From the NCBI GenBank assembly GCA_965219455.1, contig OZ244744.1, positions 1,248,001 to 1,312,000 on the forward strand: 64,000 bases of DNA, in the 5' to 3' direction. The translations under genes and the position numbers were made by a program. Shown here one piece after another: positions 39,306-49,441 of this stretch. Below the pieces are notes generated by a model. It was not told the origin of the DNA. It did not search any database and worked only from the letters and a program-made list of their open reading frames with translations. The DNA comes from Candidatus Latescibacterota bacterium. GTDB taxonomy: Bacteria; Latescibacterota; UBA2968; GCA-2709665. How positions within the stretch are numbered: position 1 is the first letter of the stretch; every line of letters begins with the position of its first letter.

Positions 39306-40517
39306 TCACAACCAATGCGCGAAGGGCCACAGGGTTGCCGAACGGGTGAACGGCGCGTCCAGAAGCTGTTCGGTCTCTTCAACGGGGTCGTGGCCGTAGC
39401 GCCGCACGAATTCCGCCTCGATTTTTCGCTCGAGTTCCGTCGGTTCGCCCAGGGGCAGGTCGACCCACGTATTCCCGCGATCGGCGCTTTCCCGGACCGC
39501 CAGGCATATCTCCCAATCTTTCAGCGCGTTCTCGTGCCCGTACCGGGGCCGGCCGCCGCCGGTTATCGCACCGTGAAAACTGACCAGAATACTTGCCTTG
39601 GCGACGTCGTCGGCCGACCCGATTCGCCATTCTTTGTACGGATTCTCCCAGACGACGGGCGGATCCGTATCCACCTGCGCCACGTCCAATACGGATTGCC
39701 CGTCGACGTCCACGTACCGCTCTCGAAGATCGTACGCCCGCGAAGTCTCTTCGCCGTACAACACGAGTCGACTCTGGTCCAGGTATCCCCGTGTCCCTTC
39801 CACGTGCCACCCCGTAGGGAAACCCTGCGCCACAGAGGGAAAGACGCGCGGCGGTTTTTCGAACAGGCATACGATCCCGCTGTCGAACTCCACCACCGCG
39901 TGATCCCACATCATCGTGGTCTCCCGCTCCCCGCCGTAAGCCTCGTACGGCGCCGTCGTCACTTCCCCGCAATAGCCCAGCACCCGCTTCGCTTCTTCGC
40001 CAAGCAATGAGCGGACCCCGTTGAACCCATGGTACTGGCCCGTCAGGTACCACAACCGCGAATGGGTCAACTCGCCCAGCAGGCCGGCCTCGATGATTCT
40101 TTTCTTCAGTCGCTCCCGGGGCCACAACCATACCTGCTCGGCCACCTCCCAGAGCACGCCATGTTCGCGGCAGGTCTGCGCGACCGCCTGCGCGTACCTC
40201 CTGGTGAGCGCCACGGGAATTTCAGTAATGACGTGGGCCCCGTGCCGCGCGGCCGTCATCGCAATCACGCCGTGGGAGTCCTTGGGCGTCATACTCAGTA
40301 CCACGTCGGGTCCTGTCGAGGCAAAGAGGGATCGGATATCCCGGAAACAGCCCGTTGAAGCGCCCGTTGACGCCTCGGCCAGCGCACCTTCGTCGCGGTC
40401 GCAGATCCCGACCAGTTCGAAATGATCCTTCAACCGCAAGATGGTACCGAGATACTGGCGCGCCCGGGAATCCGGATCCACGCCCACGCCAATCACCGCA
40501 ATCCGTAGCCTTTCCAT
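39306..40517 (-). CDS. Gfo/Idh/MocA family oxidoreductase
   Basis: RIAVIGVG, HVITEIP; AGGAGG RBS. Confidence 0.8.
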   Translation of the reverse strand: MERLRIAVIGVGVDPDSRARQYLGTILRLKDHFELVGICDRDEGALAEASTGASTGCFRDIRSLFASTGPDVVLSMTPKDSHGVIAMTAARHGAHVITEIPVALTRRYAQAVAQTCREHGVLWEVAEQVWLWPRERLKKRIIEAGLLGELTHSRLWYLTGQYHGFNGVRSLLGEEAKRVLGYCGEVTTAPYEAYGGERETTMMWDHAVVEFDSGIVCLFEKPPRVFPSVAQGFPTGWHVEGTRGYLDQSRLVLYGEETSRAYDLRERYVDVDGQSVLDVAQVDTDPPVVWENPYKEWRIGSADDVAKASILVSFHGAITGGGRPRYGHENALKDWEICLAVRESADRGNTWVDLPLGEPTELERKIEAEFVRRYGHDPVEETEQLLDAPFTRSATLWPFAHWL

Positions 40518-40719
40518 AGTGCCAGGATCCTCCTATTGAACGATGCCGGTTTTTTTTCAATATACCGACCGGTTTCCGGGTATGTCAACCCATTTGAACC
40601 CAAGAACACGTCCCCCGGTCCCCGCGCCGCGAACTCGCCGGATCCGGTACGGTCTCTCGGCCTTTCACCCGGTTCCGGTATTCACGGTCGTCCGGCCTGT
40701 GGCAATTCCCCTTCTGCGG

Positions 40720-40748
40720 TTGACTTCAAACCTCGAACAGAGTATATT
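40720..40748 (+). promoter_or_regulatory. Candidate sigma70 promoter of the lepA operon
   Basis: TTGACT-17 nt-TATATT. Confidence 0.6.
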
Positions 40749-40820
40749 CTAACCTTCAATATACAGCGTGTAGACGGTTGAATTTTTTGAAGTTGCCCTT
40801 AATCCCAGAGCATTCTGAGG

Positions 40821-42620
40821 ATGAGTATCCAGAATATCAGAAACTTCTGCATCATTGCCCACATCGACCACGGCAAATCGACCCTGGCTGACCGTTTCCT
40901 GGAAACGACTTCGACCCTGTCACGAAAGGAGATGGTGGACCAGGTCCTGGATGATATGGACCTGGAACGGGAACGCGGCATCACAATCAAGTCCCACGCC
41001 GTCCGAATGGACTACCGGTGTTCCAATGGTCAGACATACGTACTCAACCTCATCGACACGCCGGGGCACGTTGACTTCTCATACGAGGTTTCCCGGAGCC
41101 TGGCCGCCTGCGAAGGTGCCCTCCTCCTTGTAGACGCCGCGCAGGGCGTGGAGGCCCAGACGATCAGCAACGTCCTTCTCGCGCTGGAACACGACCTTGA
41201 GATCATCCCGGTCATTAACAAGATCGATCTGCCCAACGTCGACGTGGACCGGGTGGTTATGCAGATCCACGACCTCCTGGGTGTTGAAGAATCCGAAATC
41301 CACAAAATAAGTGCCAAACAGGGCGTGGGCGTCCAAGGCCTGCTTGGGGCGATCATCGAACGGATACCCCCGCCGACGGGCGATCCCGACGCGTCTCTCC
41401 AGGCCCTGATCTTCGATTCCATCTTCGACCGCTACCGCGGCGCCGTCGCCTCGATCCGCGTTTTTCAGGGCAGCCTTCACACCGACATGCCCATCCGGTT
41501 TTTTTTCACCGGGCGTCAGTTCGAAGCCGAAGAAATCGGCGTCCTCAAACTGAAGCGCGTACAGACGCAGACGCTCCGGGCCGGGGAAGTCGGTTATCTC
41601 ATCGCGGGCGTGAGGGACCTTGAAGAGCTACACATGGGCGACACCGTTACCGGGTGCAACCGTCCCGCCGGGAAACCGTTACCTGGGTACCGGGAAGTCA
41701 AACCCATGGTCTTTTCCGGCGTCTATCCCGTTGATGCGGAAGACTATACGAACCTTCGGACGGCCCTGGAGAAACTGCGTCTGAACGACGCGTCGCTCCG
41801 TTTCGAGCCGGAGACCTCCACCGCCCTGGGGTTCGGTTTCCGATGCGGTTTCCTGGGCCTGCTTCACATGGAAATCGTACAGGAGCGCCTCGCCCGCGAG
41901 TTCGACATGGAGATTATCACCACCGTACCCAACGTGGAGTACGAAGTCCTGCTCACCAACGGGGACGTCGAAATCGTGCACAATCCCGCCGAGATGCCCC
42001 CCGCCATTAAGATCGAAGAAATCGCAGAACCCGTTCTCAACGCGCAGATCCTGGTTCCGTCCGAGTACATCGGCGCGGCCATGCAGGTTGCCCAGGACCG
42101 CAGAGGAAACTACATAACCACCGAATACGTGGATCCCGCGCGCGCCCTGCTGCGTTACGAACTTCCCCTCTCCGAAATCGTACTCGATTTTTATGACCGC
42201 CTCAAATCCGTCAGCCGCGGTTATGCCTCGTTCGACTACGATTACAAAGAACATCGGTCCGCCGATCTGGTCAAACTCGACCTGCTCATCAATGACGACC
42301 CCGTCGACGCTCTGTCCGCCGTTGTGCATCGGGACAAGGCCTACGAATGGGGACGGGCGATCTGCTCCAAGCTCAAGGAACTCATCCCGCGACAGATGTT
42401 CGAGGTTGTCATCCAGTCCGCCATCGGCAGGAAAATCGTCTCCAGAACGTCCGTGCGTCCCTTCCGCAAGAACGTAACCGCCAAGTGCTACGGTGGAGAC
42501 GTTACCAGAAAACGGAAACTTCTGGAACGACAGAAGGAAGGAAAACGACGGATGAAGCAGGTGGGAAACATCGAGATTCCCCAGGAAGCATTCCTCGCCG
42601 TCCTGCGTATGGAAAAGTAA
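40821..42620 (+). CDS. lepA: Elongation factor 4
   Basis: [39 protein letters not shown]. Confidence 0.98.
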   Translation: MSIQNIRNFCIIAHIDHGKSTLADRFLETTSTLSRKEMVDQVLDDMDLERERGITIKSHAVRMDYRCSNGQTYVLNLIDTPGHVDFSYEVSRSLAACEGALLLVDAAQGVEAQTISNVLLALEHDLEIIPVINKIDLPNVDVDRVVMQIHDLLGVEESEIHKISAKQGVGVQGLLGAIIERIPPPTGDPDASLQALIFDSIFDRYRGAVASIRVFQGSLHTDMPIRFFFTGRQFEAEEIGVLKLKRVQTQTLRAGEVGYLIAGVRDLEELHMGDTVTGCNRPAGKPLPGYREVKPMVFSGVYPVDAEDYTNLRTALEKLRLNDASLRFEPETSTALGFGFRCGFLGLLHMEIVQERLAREFDMEIITTVPNVEYEVLLTNGDVEIVHNPAEMPPAIKIEEIAEPVLNAQILVPSEYIGAAMQVAQDRRGNYITTEYVDPARALLRYELPLSEIVLDFYDRLKSVSRGYASFDYDYKEHRSADLVKLDLLINDDPVDALSAVVHRDKAYEWGRAICSKLKELIPRQMFEVVIQSAIGRKIVSRTSVRPFRKNVTAKCYGGDVTRKRKLLERQKEGKRRMKQVGNIEIPQEAFLAVLRMEK

Positions 42621-42667
42621 CGCTGCGGGTCCGGATCTCCGCGGGCCCGAGCCGCAAAACCAGACAA

Positions 42668-43429
42668 ATGGTCAAACCAGTACGACGCAAGCGGGCCGCA
42701 AAAAAGGCCCCGTCCCGGAAGGTCCGAAAGGGAAAAACCGGCCGAAGGAAAAAGTCCGTGGCCAGAGAATATCTCGAAGCCATTCTGATGGCCGTCGCCC
42801 TGGCGCTTTTTCTGCGAACCTTTGTGGTTCAGGCGTTCAGCATTCCCACGGGCTCCATGGAAAACACGCTTCTGGTAGGCGACTTTCTGCTGGCCAACAA
42901 ATTCATCTACGGCGCCAGAATTCCCTTCACGGACGTCCGGCTCCCCGGTTTCAGTAATCCCGAACCCGGCGATATCGTTATTTTCGAGTACCCGAGAGAT
43001 CCGAACCGGGACTTCATCAAACGCGTGGTGGCCGGCCCGGGCCAGGAGGTCGAAATTCGCGACAAGATTCTCTACGTGGACGGGAAGCGCACCGTGGATC
43101 CGCCTCTTTCCAAATACGCGGATCCGGTCATCCTGCCCGTTTCGTCTCCCAGCGGCGTTCGTGACAATATGCGCCTCGTAAGGGTTCCCGAGGGCCACTA
43201 TTTCGTGATGGGCGACAACAGGGATAACAGCGAGGACAGCCGCTATTGGGGCTTCCTGGATAAAAACCGCATCCGGGCGCAGGCGAACGTCATTTACTGG
43301 TCGTGGGCGCCGGACCCCGAGGCTCCGGAGTTCGAAAACGTCCTTTCAATTCCCAGGATGGCCTTCTATAACCTGCTACACGGATTCGGGCGCACACGGT
43401 GGGGCCGAATCGGCCGGACGTTCAAATGA
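42668..43429 (+). CDS. lepB: Signal peptidase I
   Basis: IPTGSMENTL (Ser), FIKRVV (Lys), GDNRDNSEDSRYWG. Confidence 0.95.
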   Translation: MVKPVRRKRAAKKAPSRKVRKGKTGRRKKSVAREYLEAILMAVALALFLRTFVVQAFSIPTGSMENTLLVGDFLLANKFIYGARIPFTDVRLPGFSNPEPGDIVIFEYPRDPNRDFIKRVVAGPGQEVEIRDKILYVDGKRTVDPPLSKYADPVILPVSSPSGVRDNMRLVRVPEGHYFVMGDNRDNSEDSRYWGFLDKNRIRAQANVIYWSWAPDPEAPEFENVLSIPRMAFYNLLHGFGRTRWGRIGRTFK

Positions 43430-43463
43430 AGACGTCTTCATGTTCCATTGATTCCTAGCGCTT

Positions 43464-44582
43464 ATGTCCGGTCTCTACATCCACATTCCGTTCTGTAAAT
43501 CCAGGTGCCCCTATTGCGATTTCGCCTTCGACGTCGGCAAGACCCACCTGGCGGGACGGTACACGGATGCGGTCATCCGCGAGTTTCAAACCCGCCTGCC
43601 GCACATGGGTAATCGCACGGTTTTCGAAACGGTCTGTTTCGGCGGCGGCACGCCTTCGGAAATTCCGCCGGACTCTCTGAATCGAATTCTGGATGCCGCC
43701 CGGACCCGTTCCCGGCTCGCGCCGGATGCGGAGATAACCGCCGAGGCCAACCCTGAAGACCGTTCGCGGTTCGCCGACCTGTCGGCGATAGGCATCAACC
43801 GGCTCAGCCTGGGCGTACAGGCTCTGGACAACCCCACGCTCCGGGCCCTTGGCAGGCGGCACACCTCCGCCGAGGCCGATGAAGCCGTCGGCGCCGCTCG
43901 CCGGGCCGGCTTCGGAAACCTCAACATCGACCTGATTTTTGCCGCACCAACACAGACGACACGAGCCTGGCGACGTACCCTTGACCGCGCCGTGGACCTC
44001 CGTCCGGAGCACGTCTCCGTCTACGGGCTGACCATTGAAGCGGGTACCGCATTCGATCAAAGAATGAAACAAAACCGCCTGCCGCTGCCTCCCGAAGGTA
44101 CTCAGGCCGAAATGTACGAGATCGCGCAGGAGAAGCTGTGCGGGGCCGGCTACGTCCAGTATGAAGTCTCGAACTTCGCGCAACCCGGTTTTGCCAGCCG
44201 CCACAATATCGCCTGCTGGGACCGGCGCCCTTATCTCGGCATCGGTCTTTCCGCCCATTCCTTTTTCAACGACCGCCGTACCTGGAACATCCGCTCCCTC
44301 ATTGCGTATATAAAGAGTGTGGAATCCTCCAGTGTTGCCGTTGAAGGGGAAGAGCTTATCTCCACACGTGACAGGCTCGTGGAACAGGTGATGCTCGGCC
44401 TCCGCCGTGCCAATGGCATTCCCGAAACGCTCTTGGGCACAGCCGGCAGATCGACCTCCTTCATTCCCGATCACCTTCTCGAACGTAGAGAGGGGCGGGT
44501 CCGCCTCACCCGCCGCGGACTTCTGCTGGCGGATCTGGTCTGTGCGGAACTGGTCAGAGAGATGGAATGGAAATCCGCCTGA
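43464..44582 (+). CDS. hemW: Radical SAM heme chaperone HemW (HemN-like)
   Basis: YIHIPFCKSRCPYCDF, GGGTPS, YEVSNFA, HN. Confidence 0.9.
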   Translation: MSGLYIHIPFCKSRCPYCDFAFDVGKTHLAGRYTDAVIREFQTRLPHMGNRTVFETVCFGGGTPSEIPPDSLNRILDAARTRSRLAPDAEITAEANPEDRSRFADLSAIGINRLSLGVQALDNPTLRALGRRHTSAEADEAVGAARRAGFGNLNIDLIFAAPTQTTRAWRRTLDRAVDLRPEHVSVYGLTIEAGTAFDQRMKQNRLPLPPEGTQAEMYEIAQEKLCGAGYVQYEVSNFAQPGFASRHNIACWDRRPYLGIGLSAHSFFNDRRTWNIRSLIAYIKSVESSSVAVEGEELISTRDRLVEQVMLGLRRANGIPETLLGTAGRSTSFIPDHLLERREGRVRLTRRGLLLADLVCAELVREMEWKSA

Positions 44583-45466
44583 GAACGCCCGGCTCCACCT
44601 CCAACCTGGGGCCCGGCTTCGACGCCCTGGGCCTTGCGCTGACCCTCTACAACCGGATTGCGGTTCGGACCGTGTCCGGTGCGCATAGGCGGATGCGCAT
44701 CACCGGGGAAGGCGCCGGGAAACTCCCGGTGGACGAAACCAACCTTTTCTTCCGTTCGGCCGACACGGCCGCGCAGCGCGCCGGCCAGACCCTTCCCGGG
44801 CTGGAAGTGGAGATGCACAACGGCATTCCGCTTTCCCGCGGGCTGGGCAGCAGTTCCACTGCAATTGTGGCCGGCGTTTATGCGGCCAACCTGCTCATGG
44901 GTGAACCCTTTTCCGAATCCGCCCTGCTCGATCTCGCTACGGACCTGGAAGGCCATCCCGACAACGTCGCCCCGTGCCTTTTCGGCGGTCTCGTAATCTG
45001 CTCTTATGAAGACGGTCGGGTCGAATCGATCCGTGCGCTGCCGCCGCCGGAACTTCGCGCGGTTGTAGCGGTTCCCCGCTTTGAACTCAAAACGGAAGCC
45101 GCGCGCGCGGCCCTGCCGGAACAGGTGCCGCACCGGGACGCGGTGTTCAACGTGGGCCGCGCATGCCTGGTCACGGCAGCACTGATGAGCGGAGACCTCC
45201 TGCCTTTGAGATCCGCGATGCGCGACCGCCTCCACCAACCCTACCGGGCGTCACTCGTTCCGGGAATCGACCACGTACTCGAAGCGGCTGTAGAAGCGGG
45301 CGCCCTGGGCGCCTGCCTCAGCGGCGCCGGTCCGACGCTGCTGGCATTTGCGACCGATGACGCGCCGGACGTAGCGGCCGCCATGAAAAACGCATGGGCG
45401 CAACAGGAAATCCTGGCCGACAGTGCCGTTCTGCGCGTCGATCGAGACGGGGTAACCACCGAATGA
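44567..45466 (+). CDS. thrB: Homoserine kinase
   Basis: NLGPGFDALG, PLSRGLGSS, EGHPDN, SGAGPT. Confidence 0.95.
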   Translation: MEIRLRTPGSTSNLGPGFDALGLALTLYNRIAVRTVSGAHRRMRITGEGAGKLPVDETNLFFRSADTAAQRAGQTLPGLEVEMHNGIPLSRGLGSSSTAIVAGVYAANLLMGEPFSESALLDLATDLEGHPDNVAPCLFGGLVICSYEDGRVESIRALPPPELRAVVAVPRFELKTEAARAALPEQVPHRDAVFNVGRACLVTAALMSGDLLPLRSAMRDRLHQPYRASLVPGIDHVLEAAVEAGALGACLSGAGPTLLAFATDDAPDVAAAMKNAWAQQEILADSAVLRVDRDGVTTE

Positions 45467-47145
45467 CAGGGTTTTTCTCTTATCGTAAACCATCTCCCGC
45501 TTGCCGTCTTATTGCGATCCTGCTTGCCGTCGGGCTGATCTCGGAGCCCGTCATGCTCTTCGCGCAATCCGGGCCGGGTCGACCGGAATCCAGTCGGCGG
45601 AGATCGGATCGCAGATCCATCGGTTCAACGCTCCAACCAGACGAAATGCGGGGACTGGACGTGAAATGGATCGGCAAAATCGCATACGACGCCATCATTC
45701 GTTCCGAGCGCTACATCGTCGGTCCCGGCGATACCTTCAGCATCCATATCGAAGCCGGAGAGGAACCCATCACGCACCCGGTTCTCGTGGGTGCGGAAGG
45801 CAAACTGGTTATTCCCTACGTCGGCGCCATACAGCTTGCGGGACTCAGCCTTGGAGAGAGCCGAAAGAGAATCCAGGACGCGGTCAGTGACAACCTGCGA
45901 AGTCTCGACATCCAGATCTCGCTCGCCCGGCTACGCAGTTTTCCGGTCAACGTCGTGGGACAGGTGGTCCATCCCGGCGCCTACATGGTCGAAGGGACCG
46001 AGCAGGTTTCGGAACTCATCAGCCAGGCGGGCGGGGTACTGAAACCGCCGGATGGCAGGGCTTCTCAACGGAACATTCAGATTCAGCGGCTATCCGAAAG
46101 CGGTGCGCCGATGGATACCGAACGCGGGGCGGATCTCGCCCTGTGGCGGCTTTCGGGCGATATCTCCCACAACCCCTTCCTGCTGGACGGAGATCAGATT
46201 TTCGTGCCGGCGCTCACGGACTCCGTGCGTATTTCCGGCGCGGTCTATAGACCCGGAAGTTTCGAATTCATGCCCGGCGATCGCGTTTCCGATCTGATTG
46301 CTCTGGCAGGGGGGTTGAACGGCGAGGCGAGCACCGCAAGTGCTGAACTGCTCCGTTCTTTTTTCGCGGAAGAACGCGAAGAGCGGCACGCCGTCCGACT
46401 TTCGCAGGCACTGGATGGCGACGCGGATGCGAACCTGCCGCTGCGAGCCGGGGATAAACTGCACGTGGCCGTGAAGGAGCGGCGGGTCAACGTGGAAGGC
46501 GAAGTCTACTTCCCCGGATCCTATTTCATCGGCTCCGGGATGACGCTGAAAGAACTGATCCGGAAGGCCGGAGGATTCACGTCCAAAGCCTCTCTCGCCC
46601 AATCCATCGTGGTCCGCCGCGTCGAGTTTCCGAAAGGGGTGGCCGGTCCGAAGCAACTGCAGAGCGTTGGACCCATCAGTCTGACCGACGCCCAGCGGAC
46701 CTACCTGGCCATGCAAAAACAGCAGATGTCCGGCCGCCTGCCGGTGGACTTTGTCGCTCTTTTTGAGAAAAAGGACGACTCGCAGAACCTCCTGCTAAGA
46801 GAAGGGGATATCGTCAGGATACCCAGGCTTGTACCCTCGGTTGCGGTCAATGGATACGTCATCACCCCGGGCGCAATCCCCTACGAACCGGATCTCGGCG
46901 TCCAGGACTACATAAACAGGGCGGGCGGATTGAACGAACAGGCGGAAAAAGGCGAAATATACGTGATACAGGGCAGCACCGGAAACTGGATGAAGGCTTC
47001 CGGAATTCAGCGCGTCAATCCTGGAGACACCATTTTTATCATGGGCAAAAAGCCCGTGCACGGCTGGCGGCTCTTTCGTGAGACGCTGGTCGTGCTTTCA
47101 CAGGTGGCCGCTCTGGTCATTGCGGTACGGAGCATCAGCCGTTAA
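45463..47145 (+). CDS. Polysaccharide export protein with multiple SLBB domains (Wza/KpsD-like)
   Basis: YIVGPGD poly-export motif; repeated VxGxVxxPG...LIxxAGG; ATGA overlap with thrB. Confidence 0.85.
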   Translation: MTGFFSYRKPSPACRLIAILLAVGLISEPVMLFAQSGPGRPESSRRRSDRRSIGSTLQPDEMRGLDVKWIGKIAYDAIIRSERYIVGPGDTFSIHIEAGEEPITHPVLVGAEGKLVIPYVGAIQLAGLSLGESRKRIQDAVSDNLRSLDIQISLARLRSFPVNVVGQVVHPGAYMVEGTEQVSELISQAGGVLKPPDGRASQRNIQIQRLSESGAPMDTERGADLALWRLSGDISHNPFLLDGDQIFVPALTDSVRISGAVYRPGSFEFMPGDRVSDLIALAGGLNGEASTASAELLRSFFAEEREERHAVRLSQALDGDADANLPLRAGDKLHVAVKERRVNVEGEVYFPGSYFIGSGMTLKELIRKAGGFTSKASLAQSIVVRRVEFPKGVAGPKQLQSVGPISLTDAQRTYLAMQKQQMSGRLPVDFVALFEKKDDSQNLLLREGDIVRIPRLVPSVAVNGYVITPGAIPYEPDLGVQDYINRAGGLNEQAEKGEIYVIQGSTGNWMKASGIQRVNPGDTIFIMGKKPVHGWRLFRETLVVLSQVAALVIAVRSISR

Positions 47146-48344
47146 TGGAACACGAAAAGAATTTCCTCGACCATCTGGCCGTCCTTGCCCGCTGGCGACG
47201 CATGATACTCGTCACCTGCTTCACCGTATCGGTATTGACAGCGGGCGTCAGTCTGATCATCACCCCGGTCTACCGCGCGAGCGCCGTTCTATTTCCACCC
47301 AGCGAAAGCCAGGGATCGCTTGGAATCTCCGCCATTCTTGAAAAGCTGCCGGTGGGCATGCTGGGCCTGGGGGAAAGCGGCGTTTCGGCTACCGAATTCG
47401 TGCCCATCCTCAAGAGCCAGCGCGTGGCCGAAGCCATCATACGCCGCTTCAATCTTCGGGAAGCATACGAGGCCGAAACCCGCGAGGAACTCCTGCAGAA
47501 GGTCGACGACCGGCTGGAAGTGGAACTCTCGCGCGAGCAATTCCTGACCGTGTCCTACGAAGCGGAATCCCCGGAGCTGGCCGCCGAAATCGCCAATGCC
47601 TTCGTTGTAGAACTCGACCTTGCGCTCAGGCACCGGCGCGAACAACAGGCGCGCGACCTTCGCAGCTACCTGGAAAAACGCCTCGCGCAGGCCGAGCGCC
47701 GCATGATCGAAGCCGAACAGGCCTACAATGCGTTCCAGAAGGAACATTCGGCGATTGACATCGAAAGCCAGACCAAAGCGCAGATTGACGCCTACTCCTC
47801 TCTCATCACCTCAACGCTGGGCGAGATGATCATCCGGCGCGAAATCGCCGCCCTTCAGATGAACCCCGACAACAGCAGAGTCAGGCAACTCGATATCGAA
47901 ATCGAGGGCGCAACACAGGCGCTGGACGGCATCCTTTCCGGATCCGACCCGGACAGCAGCGGACGCGCGGTTCGCAAATTGCCCGGCATCATGCTTCCGA
48001 TGGATCAGATCCCCGACCTGGGACTTCAGGCCCTTCGATTGATGCGCGAAATGGAAATCCGAAACCTTATCTATCAATTCGTACTCCAGGAATACGAAAA
48101 AAGCAGCTTCGAAGAGAAGAAGGAGACGTCCCTGGTCGTGGTTCTGGACCCCGCCGCGCCACCCGACTTCCGAAGCCGTCCCCGCCGCGTGCTGATGGTT
48201 GGCACGGCCGCCGGTCTGAGCCTGCTCCTGAGCATCCTGGTCGCATTCCTGCTGGATGCTCTGAAAAGTCCCGACCCAGGCAACCGCAACAGGCTGGAGG
48301 CGATCCGCAAGGAATTGAGACCCCCAAAAACCCGCCGACAGTAA
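47145..48344 (+). CDS. Wzz/GumC-family polysaccharide co-polymerase (chain length determinant), no kinase domain
   Basis: N-terminal TM + PVYRASA, coiled coil, VLDPAAPP...SRPRR + C-terminal TM. Confidence 0.85.
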   Translation: MEHEKNFLDHLAVLARWRRMILVTCFTVSVLTAGVSLIITPVYRASAVLFPPSESQGSLGISAILEKLPVGMLGLGESGVSATEFVPILKSQRVAEAIIRRFNLREAYEAETREELLQKVDDRLEVELSREQFLTVSYEAESPELAAEIANAFVVELDLALRHRREQQARDLRSYLEKRLAQAERRMIEAEQAYNAFQKEHSAIDIESQTKAQIDAYSSLITSTLGEMIIRREIAALQMNPDNSRVRQLDIEIEGATQALDGILSGSDPDSSGRAVRKLPGIMLPMDQIPDLGLQALRLMREMEIRNLIYQFVLQEYEKSSFEEKKETSLVVVLDPAAPPDFRSRPRRVLMVGTAAGLSLLLSILVAFLLDALKSPDPGNRNRLEAIRKELRPPKTRRQ

Positions 48345-48387
48345 ACCCGATCGCAAGACGCCGGGATTCCCCACGAAAACCTCAGCC

Positions 48388-49389
48388 ATGCCCCACCGCA
48401 TCCTTACCACCGTCGTTGGAAGCTATCCCGTGCCGGACTGGCTGCGAGCTTCTCCCTCCCGACAGGCATTGATCGATGCCATACGGGTCGTGTTCAAGAC
48501 CCAGGAAGAAGCGGGGGTTGACGTCGTCGCCGACGGGGAACTCTGCCGGTTCGACGTCAATCATCCGGAAACCAACGGCATGATTGACTATTTCGCGCGA
48601 AGATTGGGCGGTATCACCACCCGGTTCGGGCGTGAAGCCCTGAATGCGTTTCACACGGAAACAGGCCTCACCTATCGCGCGGCGCCCGCGGGCCTGATCG
48701 AACGCGGGTTGGACGAAGGCGCGCTCAATCTGCCGGCGGACTTCCGGATGGTCCGACGTCTGACGCCGTCGAAACTCAAATTCACCCTCACCGGGCCGCA
48801 CATGCTCAGCAAAGTCCTGCTGGACCGCCACTATGGCAACCCCGAGGCCGTGGCCATGGCCCTGGGCGAGCTACTCGCCAGACAGGTTTCGGACATCGAC
48901 GCGGACGTGATCCAGATCGACGAAGCCAATATAACGGGACACCCGGAAGAAGGCGCGTGGGCCGCCAGGGCGATAAACACCGTACTCGATGCGGCTCCGG
49001 GCGAAAAGGCCGTACACGTCTGCTTCGGGAACTACGGCGGCCAGACCGTTCAGCAAGGGACGTGGCAGGACCTGATCCCTTTTCTGTCCACTCTGAGAGC
49101 GGACCATCTGGTCCTCGAATTCAAACGCTGCGGAATCGAACACGCAGCAACCCTGAAGGATCTGCCGGAAGCCGTCCGAATTGGCATCGGTGTAATCGAC
49201 ATCAAAAACAATATCGTGGAGACCCCGGACGAAATCGCCTCGGACATCGAAAGCGCGGCCCGCCAGCTCGGGCCGGATCGAATCGCCTGCGTCCATCCCG
49301 ACTGCGGCTTCTGGATGCTCCATCGAAGCGTCGCCGACCGCAAGATCGAAGCCCTAGTCAGGGGTCGGGACCTCTACGAAGGGCGTTGA
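48388..49389 (+). CDS. Cobalamin-independent methionine synthase II family (core MetE-like)
   Basis: VGSYPVP, QEEAGVDVVADGE, TGP, QIDE, HVC...E...HPDCG. Confidence 0.88.
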   Translation: MPHRILTTVVGSYPVPDWLRASPSRQALIDAIRVVFKTQEEAGVDVVADGELCRFDVNHPETNGMIDYFARRLGGITTRFGREALNAFHTETGLTYRAAPAGLIERGLDEGALNLPADFRMVRRLTPSKLKFTLTGPHMLSKVLLDRHYGNPEAVAMALGELLARQVSDIDADVIQIDEANITGHPEEGAWAARAINTVLDAAPGEKAVHVCFGNYGGQTVQQGTWQDLIPFLSTLRADHLVLEFKRCGIEHAATLKDLPEAVRIGIGVIDIKNNIVETPDEIASDIESAARQLGPDRIACVHPDCGFWMLHRSVADRKIEALVRGRDLYEGR

Positions 49390-49441
49390 ACCGGCCGGCC
49401 TTCCGGGCGACGCGCAACGCGTTCTCGACCGATTCCAGTCT

